NCBI RefSeq assembly: GCF_001194135.2
Contig: NC_068982.1
Coordinates: forward strand, 51,009,069 to 51,045,071
Length of the DNA: 36,003 nucleotides
Direction of reading: 5' to 3'
Source of the DNA: Octopus bimaculoides
Taxonomy: Eukaryota
The position numbers and the translations under genes are program-made. Numbering within the stretch: the stretch's first letter is position 1; each line of letters starts with the position of its first letter. Shown piece after piece: positions 24,368-33,497 of this stretch. The notes beneath the pieces were generated by a model. That model had not been told where the DNA came from and did not search any database. It saw only the letters and a program-made list of their open reading frames with translations.

Positions 24368-24610
24368 GAGTCTGTGTATGTGTGTGTGAGTGAGTGAGTG
24401 TGCGCGCACACACACGCACACATATATATATATATTCATATAATCATACACACGTATACATAAGTGTGTGTACGTGAGTATATATTTTGTATATACATTT
24501 ACATTACTATGTTTGATTCAGTACACTTAATTAGGATAATAATAACAATTGTCCTAATTTGCAAATTGAACTGCTTATAGCCACTCACTAATTTAGTATA
24601 TACATACATT

Positions 24611-24641
<31 letters not shown>

Positions 24642-25189
24642 ATATTATTAGGGACAAAATCCAAAATTNNNNNNNNNNGTGTGTGTGTGTATGTATGTAT
24701 GTAGGTATGTATGTATGTATGTATGTATGTATGTATGCATGTTTGTATGTATCTATGTATGTATGTATATTCATATGTATGTTACAGATAAACGGATAGA
24801 TAGATGGATAATTTAATTTACTTGCAGTAGCTGTTTCATTAAGAATAAACATAATTAATACTATAATTATGTAATTAAGATACATAATCAATATCAATTA
24901 ATTAAAATTAAAATTTAATTTAAAGCAATGTTTATCCTAAATTTTCGGGAACACTACCGATTACAAAAGGTGTAATCTGTTGCAGGTTCAAATACTAGTG
25001 AGCGTGATAGAAGCAGGTGTACGCGTGTGTGAGCGTGCGCACGTGTATGTGCATGTGTATGTGTGTATATACATACATACACATATATATATATTTATAT
25101 ATATATATATATATACATACATACACGCATGTATACATAAGAATATATATATATGTGTGTATGTATACGCACATTCATACATACATTCT

Positions 25190-25385
25190 GCTACTTGTTT
25201 CAGTCATTAGACTGCGGCCATGCCGGAGAACCGCCTTAAAAGGTTTTAGTCGAACAAATCGACCCCAGAACCTATTCTCTGTAAGCCTAGTACTTATTCT
25301 ATCGGTCTATTTTCCGAACCGCTAAGTTACAAGGACGCAAACTCTAACATCGGTTGTGAAGCGTTGCGGGTGGGGGGGGGGAACG
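25190..25385 (-). mobile_element. SINE family A tail half
   Basis: TACTTGTTTCAGTCATTAGACTGCGGCCATGC...GAACCGCTAAGTTAC..., the reverse complement of the family tail. Confidence 0.9.
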
Positions 25386-25870
25386 CACAAACAAACACAA
25401 AGACACAAACACAAAGACACACACACATATATACATACATATATTATGTATAAAAATGTAAACTTCTTCCACCAATATATTTACTCCGGTATTATTTTTG
25501 GTCGCATACGCACGTAGCTGAGGTAAACGAATAAGATTTAGCTGTATATAAGTGTGAACGTTTGTATATGCGCTTGTGGATATGTGATATTCGTATGGTT
25601 TGTGTAAGTGTTTATAATTATGTACATCGAATTGTACCATGCTGATGACGGTTAAGCGAATTACATACCTAAACTAGAAATAGATCTATGGTTAAACATT
25701 TTTTTTAAAAATCCTTTTTGTTTACTTCCCTCGCTTTCAGCCCGTGCCAATGTAGTTAATAATGTAGTTCTTAGAGCCATTTGGCGTCTATTTCTAGCAT
25801 GTGGAGCTACTCATTAGTGCTCTTATTATGGTTATTATATTTATATATTATATACTTTGTGTGTGTGTAT

Positions 25871-26023
25871 ACGACGGTCGTCTTTCAGTTTCGTTTACCA
25901 AATGCAGTCACAAGGTTTTGGCCGGCTCAAAGCTATACTAGAAGACACTTGCCCAAGGTTCACGCAGTGGGACTGAACCCAGAATCATGCGGTTTGGAAC
26001 CAAGCTTCTTACCACACAGCCAT
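25871..26023 (-). mobile_element. SINE family A head half
   Basis: TTTCAGTTTCGTTTACCAAAT...GAAGACACTTGCCCAAGG...GGGACTGAACCC...CTTACCACACAGCCA. Confidence 0.9.
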
Positions 26024-26218
26024 AATGACACATACATAATGACACAGACGCGCATGTATATACATACATAAGCGCGCGCGCGTGTGTATGTTTATTTGCA
26101 GACACTCATAAATGAATATAACAGACAAAAAAATACAGCCACACATAGACAGCTCATATGTACACATAACTATCGTGAAGAATCTTTAAATTTAAGTGAG
26201 CAGTTTTCGTTTTCACAG

Positions 26219-26244
26219 ATCTTTCAAATGGAACATTATACCAG
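26219..26244 (+). CDS. Speculative 26-nt microexon, (D)LSNGTLYQ
   Basis: Acceptor TTTTCGTTTTCACAG| and donor CAG|GTAATA flank a stop-free 26-mer. Confidence 0.35.
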
Positions 26245-26663
26245 GTAATATTACATTTTTATATTTCGGCCATTACAGTTCAAGGATAGGCAACTATTAC
26301 GGATTATAAAAGAATTATTTACTACTGAAGAAGATAAATTAGAAAGAGGCATATATTTAGTATGTGTAGATTGGGAATTACAATGCTTCCTACTATTGAT
26401 ATTTGAAATACCATTCTAATTTTGGTTACTTTTAAATATCTTAGATTCAATGTGTATGGAGGTGTAGTAGAAAAGTTGGTTATTAAGCTACTATTTCATG
26501 TGGTATCTGATCATAATTTGCAAAAATATAATTGTTACTTGTAATGGAGCTACTAAGTTTAATCAACGAGGATTTCGTTTTATTTTTATATTTGGAGAAA
26601 TTCGTAGGATTATTTATAAGAAAAGACGGAGAACAGTTATATTTATCTCTATCAATAGGAATA

Positions 26664-26944
26664 CAGTAATCCCTCGACTATCGCAGATGCTACGTTCCAA
26701 GACCTCTCACAGAAATGATTAAAATCTAAAAAAATATAAATACTTATTAGCCGCAGAAACCCGGATATACTGAGGAGTCCGCGACATATATATACAAATA
26801 TTAGCCAGAAAAACCCGCGATGTACTGAGTGAACCGCGATGTACTGAGTGAACCGCGATGTACTGAGTGAACCGCGATGTACTGAGTGAACCGCGATGTA
26901 CTGAGTGCGCGGTAGGTGAACCGCGATATGGCGAAGGATTACTG
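26664..26944. mobile_element. pogo/Tigger-like MITE, 281 bp, TA target duplication
   Basis: TA-CAGTAATCCCTCGACTATCGC ... GCGATATGGCGAAGGATTACTG-TA; TIRs visible directly. The CAGT..CCCTCG terminus resembles Tigger/MER2-type ends. Confidence 0.85.
26815..26907 (+). repeat. Perfect 19-bp tandem array CCGCGATGTACTGAGTGAA, 4 full units plus 17 nt
   Basis: Units start at 26815, 26834, 26853, 26872 and 26891. Confidence 0.95.
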
Positions 26945-27077
26945 TATTCAATATTCTATTTTCATGTTTGTAAAATTTCAGGCACATTGCCTATTAGGAT
27001 TTCTCACGGAATATAATCTATTTATATACTTTTAAATTTTTTTATCATGACGTTGGAAGACGTATTAATATTCTTTT

Positions 27078-27285
27078 CTACTCTAGGCACAAGGCTCGAA
27101 ATTTGGGGAGGGAGGGGCCAGTCGATTAGACTGACCTCAGTACGCAACTGGTACTTAATTTATCGACCTCGAAAGAATGAAAGGCAAAGTCAGCCTCGGC
27201 GGAATTTCAACTCAGAACGTAATGGCAGACGAAATACCACTAAGCATTTCGCTAGGCGTGCTAACGATTCTGCCAGCTCACCACC
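27078..27285 (-). mobile_element. SINE family B, full length
   Basis: GGCACAAGGC...GGTACTTAATTTATCGACCTCGAAAGAATGAAAGGCAAAGTC...GCTAACGATTCTGCCAGCTC. Confidence 0.9.
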
Positions 27286-27896
27286 TGAAGAAGCATTGAT
27301 ATTGTTAAGATTTTTAATTTGATTACGTCGCAGTTTACGCTTAGTGTTAAGTATACATTTTATTTTCTCATCATAAAGTACCATTATAGTATGCTGAGTT
27401 ATTAAAGACCTTCATTAGCTGAAAGATTAGAAACTCTCATTGAAATATTTTAAACTAAGCTATTTATAATGGATCTAGAATGATTAAATTGTTTAATTTA
27501 TACACTATAGAGCTTATTATGTTTATGATATAGATAACAAAGCCCAGATTTTGAATTAAAAGTGAATTCGAAAAAAATTTACATTTCAGAAATATTATTA
27601 AAATTTATGGATAAATTATAATTTATAGTTAGCAAACCTGTTGGTATTCGTGATAATTAGGCATAAAGCTCGCTTTGAATTAATTAAATTTAAATTAATT
27701 TTCATTAGCTATGTATGTTAATGATGTAATTATCGAATTGGTTATGTTTACTCTTGTTGAAACAGCTGTTGCAATTAACTTATAATCTCTCCGATAAATT
27801 TATGCTTTTTCTACCTTTTATTTTGAACACACGTTACTCTTAAGGATCGTGTAATCCGATTATGTATATGCAGGCAAGCTTCTTTCACAGGATATA

Positions 27897-28114
27897 CGAA
27901 GGAGTAAGGAAAAATTCCTGGCTTTGGGTAAGAGAAAATACGGGAGGATCTATTAATTATTGTTTTATTCAACATATTCCCCTCTCAGATTCACACACTT
28001 ATTGCAGCGGTCCTTCAGTTTTTCTAAACCCTGTAAAAGAACTCGGATGGTTTCGGCCGCCAACAAAGCCTTTCGCGATGCCCTAAAAGCCAGGAACTTT
28101 TCAGTACTCCCTCG
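27897..28114 (-). mobile_element. mariner (irritans-like) MITE, 218 bp, TA target duplication
   Basis: TA-CGAAGGAGTAAGGAAAAATTCCTGGCTTT ... AAAGCCAGGAACTTTTCAGTACTCCCTCG-TA; minus strand encodes QGLEKLKDRCNKCVNLRGEYVE*, a mariner C-terminus. Confidence 0.9.
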
Positions 28115-28268
28115 TACTGCAGTGTTATAACGTGTTGGGGTCTAGCTTACAACCGTAAAAAAACAATATATATATATATACATACATACATACATACATA
28201 CTTATATGGACATATATATATGTATGTACGTATACATACGACGGATTCTACACAGTTTCCACATAATA

Positions 28269-28375
28269 CACTTGCTTACAGGACATTTGTGTGCCCGAAA
28301 CTATAGTACGAGACACGTATACAAGGTACAACGCTGTGAAATGAACCCGAAATTGCATGGTCGAAGTCATGCTTG
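28269..28375 (-). mobile_element. SINE family A head, highly degenerate
   Basis: CTATAGTACGAGACAC...CAAGGTAC...TGAACCCGAAA in family order. Confidence 0.55.
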
Positions 28376-28636
28376 CAACTTATACAGGCACAGACACACA
28401 TGCACGTACACATACATGTGTTAGTGTATGTCTGTAAGTTTATGTGTGTATATTTATGCTGATATATGTATACATGCATCATGCATATATGTATGTATGC
28501 ATGTACTTATGTATGTATATAGTCAAATACAAGACTTCACTCGTGTTTCATTATTATAATTATATTATATATATACACACGCACATATATATATTTACAT
28601 ACGAAAACTAGCGCTGTATCTATGTATATTTATATG

Positions 28637-28673
<37 letters not shown>

Positions 28674-28704
28674 ATATATATATATATATTGCCACCTTGG
28701 AATC

Positions 28705-28892
28705 CTCTGTGTAGTTGGTTGATCCACTACTCAGGAAGAGACTATTCTAGAGTACGTCCTGTCTGGTCTTCGAAACGTCTAGATAGAATAGCGACAGCTG
28801 ATGAAGGGATATTCCAAGGGGCTTTCCGTTTTCCTATGTGTTCGTTCCGTTGTCTGCAGTTTATTGTTCTAACGTCCTGTACCCTGATATGC
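28705..28892 (+). repeat. 188-bp segment with hammerhead-like motifs (Penelope-terminus-like), repeated exactly at 29524-29711 across a gap
   Basis: Both copies appear identical and abut the 631-N gap. Contains CTA-CTCAGGA-A-GAGAC...GTCTTC-GAAAC-GTC-TAG and a downstream CTGATGA. Confidence 0.6.
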
Positions 28893-29780
28893 NNNNNNNN
28901 NNNNNNNNNNNNNNNNNNNNNNNNNNNNNNNNNNNNNNNNNNNNNNNNNNNNNNNNNNNNNNNNNNNNNNNNNNNNNNNNNNNNNNNNNNNNNNNNNNNN
29001 NNNNNNNNNNNNNNNNNNNNNNNNNNNNNNNNNNNNNNNNNNNNNNNNNNNNNNNNNNNNNNNNNNNNNNNNNNNNNNNNNNNNNNNNNNNNNNNNNNNN
29101 NNNNNNNNNNNNNNNNNNNNNNNNNNNNNNNNNNNNNNNNNNNNNNNNNNNNNNNNNNNNNNNNNNNNNNNNNNNNNNNNNNNNNNNNNNNNNNNNNNNN
29201 NNNNNNNNNNNNNNNNNNNNNNNNNNNNNNNNNNNNNNNNNNNNNNNNNNNNNNNNNNNNNNNNNNNNNNNNNNNNNNNNNNNNNNNNNNNNNNNNNNNN
29301 NNNNNNNNNNNNNNNNNNNNNNNNNNNNNNNNNNNNNNNNNNNNNNNNNNNNNNNNNNNNNNNNNNNNNNNNNNNNNNNNNNNNNNNNNNNNNNNNNNNN
29401 NNNNNNNNNNNNNNNNNNNNNNNNNNNNNNNNNNNNNNNNNNNNNNNNNNNNNNNNNNNNNNNNNNNNNNNNNNNNNNNNNNNNNNNNNNNNNNNNNNNN
29501 NNNNNNNNNNNNNNNNNNNNNNNCTCTGTGTAGTTGGTTGATCCACTACTCAGGAAGAGACTATTCTAGAGTACGTCCTGTCTGGTCTTCGAAACGTCTA
29601 GATAGAATAGCGACAGCTGATGAAGGGATATTCCAAGGGGCTTTCCGTTTTCCTATGTGTTCGTTCCGTTGTCTGCAGTTTATTGTTCTAACGTCCTGTA
29701 CCCTGATATGCATGTATATACACATGTAGATGTAAGTATGTACATATATGTGTGTATACATGTATATATATTCTTTGTAT

Positions 29781-29828
<48 letters not shown>

Positions 29829-29998
29829 TTGTGCGCGCGTGTGTGTATGTATGCGTATATATATATATATATATGTAAATGTATATGTACATATATGGGT
29901 ATGTGTATGTGTGTATTTGCGTGTGTGCATGTAAATTCCCATTAATAGAAAAATCATAAGTGCATAAAGGATAATTAATGAGTCATCAATGAGTGTTT

Positions 29999-30043
<45 letters not shown>

Positions 30044-30228
30044 CACACATACACACAAACACACTCTAAGGTGAGCGATCAATTATCAGCCATGCACATA
30101 AATATAGATTTTCCTTATTGGTGGGAAAATTATTTGTGCACACATCAGTAAACACGGTCTCCTTCCCGTAACCTTGATGCAGGTTTGAATTTGTCTTTAC
30201 ACATTCATGCATGCATACATACATACAT

Positions 30229-30259
<31 letters not shown>

Positions 30260-30359
30260 TACATACATACATACATACATACATACAAAGACAGAGAGAT
30301 ACATACACTGACATTCGAGTATTTTTGTGCCAATTAAGTTTTTACTTGTACGGTAATCC

Positions 30360-30800
30360 TGGTCACATGTCTATTTGCTCCAAACAACGGCAACTTCTGG
30401 TTACCCGTTTTCTCTGTACTGGAAGTGTATCAGGGGATGAAATCCATTAAAGGTTTTTGGTCACTATGGGAACAGCGTTCTGCCGCTCCGAGATTTTAAC
30501 AAATATATTTAAAAAGTTTAATACAGGTTGCTCATACGGTGTGGGTTATAATATCAAGCGAGTACATAACATAGTTCTGTTTAGCAGACAGGTGGTTATT
30601 TATGAAATTGCAGATAATATATCCGTATAGGTCATGGTTTTCGTCTATAAAATTATTTAATATAAATTTGGGTCAGTTTTGTACAGAATTGGTACCAAAC
30701 ATCTCACAGAGTTGCACAATCAAAACTGTGAAATGCCATTGTCTTCATCGTTATGGTAATGAAGGTGATGCCTTGGAAAAAATCGTTACTGATGACAATT
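30360..30800 (+). pseudogene. Heavily decayed mariner (irritans-like) N-terminal half
   Basis: SICSKQRQLLVTRFLCTGSVSGDEIH*RFL-YGNSVLP, a frameshifted VPKHLTELH, and RYGNEGDA-LEKIVTDD (the IVTGDE motif). Confidence 0.6.
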
Positions 30801-30829
30801 TTTGAGTGCATTCCTTACAATTAATGAGT

Positions 30830-31238
30830 CATCCATGTGGTTGTAAATGTGTATGTGCATGTGTATGTATGCGTGTGTGTGTTTGTGCTTGTACGAGTGT
30901 ATGTTATATATAAACACAAACACACATGCACATACATACGTATATTTATGTGTGTACGTATATATATATGTGTGTGTGTGTTGTGCGTGTGTGTGCGTGT
31001 GTGTGTGTGTGTGTGTATACATACACACATACATATATGCGTATGTCTGTATATAACAAACAACAATTATACAATTTCAATTGCATATACACATACATGT
31101 ACCCACAGACACACGCATGTATATGTGTCCGCGTGTGTGCATGCATGTGTATGCATATATGTATACATGCATGCATGTATGTATGCATGCATGTATGTAT
31201 ATATGTATGTATGTAAGTATGCATGCATGCATGTGTAA

Positions 31239-31275
<37 letters not shown>
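30830..31275. repeat. Large compound low-complexity tract (GT/CA/TA/GCAT/GTAT)
   Basis: Read directly; source of many spurious ORFs. Confidence 0.9.
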
Positions 31276-31278
<3 letters not shown>

Positions 31279-32498
31279 ATGGTAAGCAGGAATTATACAA
31301 TTTCAACTACATATACTGTTTTGTGATTTGTAACCCAAATAACCTGTTGGTTCTCGTATCTCAAATGAATTTGTTATTTCATACTTTAATCGCTGCATAT
31401 GTCAAATTCTCTGTCAAGACTATGATTCACCCTCACCCCGCCAACACTGTTTTTTTGTTGTTGTTGTTTTATATTTAGTAAATGCCGTCAATTGACTATT
31501 TTACATTGAGCTGAATGTCAGCGATGTCATTTATTTCCCATGGAATATGGTGAGGAAAGATATCGTGTTCCTCCCAAAAATCAGGAATTTAGGGAAACAA
31601 AATACGACAACATATGCTGAAAAAACTGCATAAATTTAAACTCCTGTTTAAATAGGTCCTCGTTACGTTGGTCAATAGTTCCTTAGTTGAACGTTAGATG
31701 TATATATATATATATACACACACATGCATATATATNNNNNNNNNNNNNNNNNNNNNNNNNNNNNNNNNNNNNNNNNNNNNNNNNNNNNNNNNNNNNNNNN
31801 NNNNNNNNNNNNNNNNNNNNNNNNNNNNNNNNNNNNNNNNNNNNNNNNNNNNNNNNNNNNNNNNNNNNNNNNNNNNNNNNNNNNNNNNNNNNNNNNNNNN
31901 NNNNNNNNNNNNNNNNNNNNNNNNNNNNNNNNNNNNNNNNNNNNNNNNNNNNNNNNNNNNNNNNNNNNNNNNNNNNNNNNNNNNNNNNNNNNNNNNNNNN
32001 NNNNNNNNNNNNNNNNNNNNNNNNNNNNNNNNNNNNNNNNNNNNNNNNNNNNNNNNNNNNNNNNNNNNNNNNNNNNNNNNNNNNNNNNNNNNNNNNNNNN
32101 NNNNNNNNNNNNNNNNNNNNNNNNNNNNNNNNNNNNNNNNNNNNNNNNNNNNNNNNNNNNNNNNNNNNNNNNNNNNNNNNNNNNNNNNNNNNNNNNNNNN
32201 NNNNNNNNNNNNNNNNNNNNNNNNNNNNNNNNNNNNNNNNNNNNNNNNNNNNNNNNNNNNNNNNNNNNNNNNNNNNNNNNNNNNNNNNNNNNNNNNNNNN
32301 NNNNNNNNNNNNNNNNNNNNNNNNNNNNNNNNNNNNNNNNNNNNNNNNNNNNNNNNNNNNNNNNNNNNNNNNNNNNNNNNNNNNNNNNNNNNNNNNNNNN
32401 NNNNNNNNNNNNNNNNNNNNNNNNNNNNNNNNNNNNNNNNNNNNNNNNNNNNNNNNNNNNNNNNNNNNNNNNNNNNNNNNNNNNNNNNNNNNNNNNNN

Positions 32499-32532
<34 letters not shown>

Positions 32533-33221
32533 ATGTATTGCATGCATGTATGTATAACCATAGATTGAACAACATTACTTCTCACAAATGCGTGTAATGA
32601 AATATAAACACACACGTTCACGCGTATATGCATTCACTGTTTTATATTAGTACATACGTATATACTCATTCATTTTATTTACTCACAGATATACACCTAC
32701 ATATATAACAACGTTTTGTCGGTGCGTGTACATGTAAAATACACGTGTGAATATGCGTGTATAAATGCGCACGTGTGTATAAGTGTGTGCATGTATGAGT
32801 GCATGTGAGTCTATATATATGCATATACTTATATCTGTGTGTGTGGTGTGTGTGTGCGCTAGCATGCGCGCGTGTGTCTGTAGTGTAGTGTAGTGTTATG
32901 TATGCGTGTGTATGTACTATTAACGAATAAAATCCTGAAAGATCAAATTCCGATAAAGATATAGTGGACAAGCGAGAATTTCTACACGTTTAAATGCCAG
33001 CAAATAGAATTAAATGGTGAGAATTTGCAACTCAACCACTCCTTTTTTGTAGACTCAAAATTTCTTTGATTAATATTGTACAGTAAATCAATTAAAGTGC
33101 AGGTTATATACAGTTATCAATCGACTGTTTTAATTGATTAAAATGAGAATTATAGAGTAAATGATTCTAACATAACGACCATTTGTAGAAAAGTATATCA
33201 TAGTAACAACATTTGAGTGTT

Positions 33222-33390
33222 AGTTATTTTTTTATCGAGCCCGGAAAGATGAAAAGTAAAGTTGGCCCACTGCCCTATTTGAACTCTGAATGAAAACAGA
33301 CATAGCTAAATATACTTTTCACTATAAGCACAAGACCTCAAACTTTGGGGTAGGAGATGCTAGTCGATTACTTCGACCCTAGTACTCCAC
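33222..33390 (-). mobile_element. SINE family B, two degenerate pieces
   Basis: Central/head part (TTTTATCGAGCCCGGAAAGATGAAAAGTAAAGTTG...TTTGAACTC) precedes the tail part (GCACAAGACC...GTCGATTACTTCGACCC). Confidence 0.6.
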
Positions 33391-33441
33391 GGTGGCATTT
33401 GTTTCAAAATTGTTTTAGCAAGCTGCACTGATGACAACAAA

Positions 33442-33497
33442 CTGCAATCTGACGAGCACCTCCTCCATAGGGTTGTATCAGAAACGATCGTCATTAG
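33442..33497 (+). ncRNA. Minimal type-I hammerhead-like motif with intact core boxes and disrupted stem II
   Basis: AAT-CTGACGA-(25 nt)-GAAAC-GATC-GTC-ATT; palindromic stem III ACGATCGT; 3-bp stem I. Confidence 0.5.

Larger units (their letters stand above)
3514..32498. other. Twelve assembly gaps (approx. 3514-3523, 6068-6158, 6977-7815, 8522-8531, 13902-13911, 16495-16800, 17734-18299, 21316-21325, 23541-23862, 24669-24678, 28893-29523, 31736-32498)
   Basis: N runs; most large gaps are bordered by (TA)n. Confidence 0.95.

Noticed and set aside
150-25660. Other CTGATGA boxes (150, 920, 25642)
   Set aside because: No stem II-GAAA-stem III-NUH arrangement follows them.
26815-26907. CRISPR-like appearance of the 19-bp array
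   Set aside because: Head-to-tail units with no spacers, inside a MITE, in eukaryotic DNA with no cas genes.
26483-26987. Removing the MITE restores a 73-aa minus-strand ORF (MCLKFYKHENRILNIPIDRDKY...)
   Set aside because: N/K/S/I-rich composition is typical of AT-rich noncoding DNA; no homology recognised; ORFs of this length are common here.
28705-29711. LTR retrotransposon with two LTRs
   Set aside because: No TG...CA termini, PBS or PPT visible; the estimated interior is only 631 N; the copies abut the gap edges.
31479-31549. AG...GTGAGG-bounded candidate exon downstream of the microexon
   Set aside because: The 71-nt version has stops in all frames; the 39-nt open version needs an unusual GAG acceptor.
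6788-32633. Long ORFs (200-377 aa) in the ORF track
   Set aside because: They consist of X runs across N gaps plus YIYI/HTHT/CVCV translations of microsatellites.
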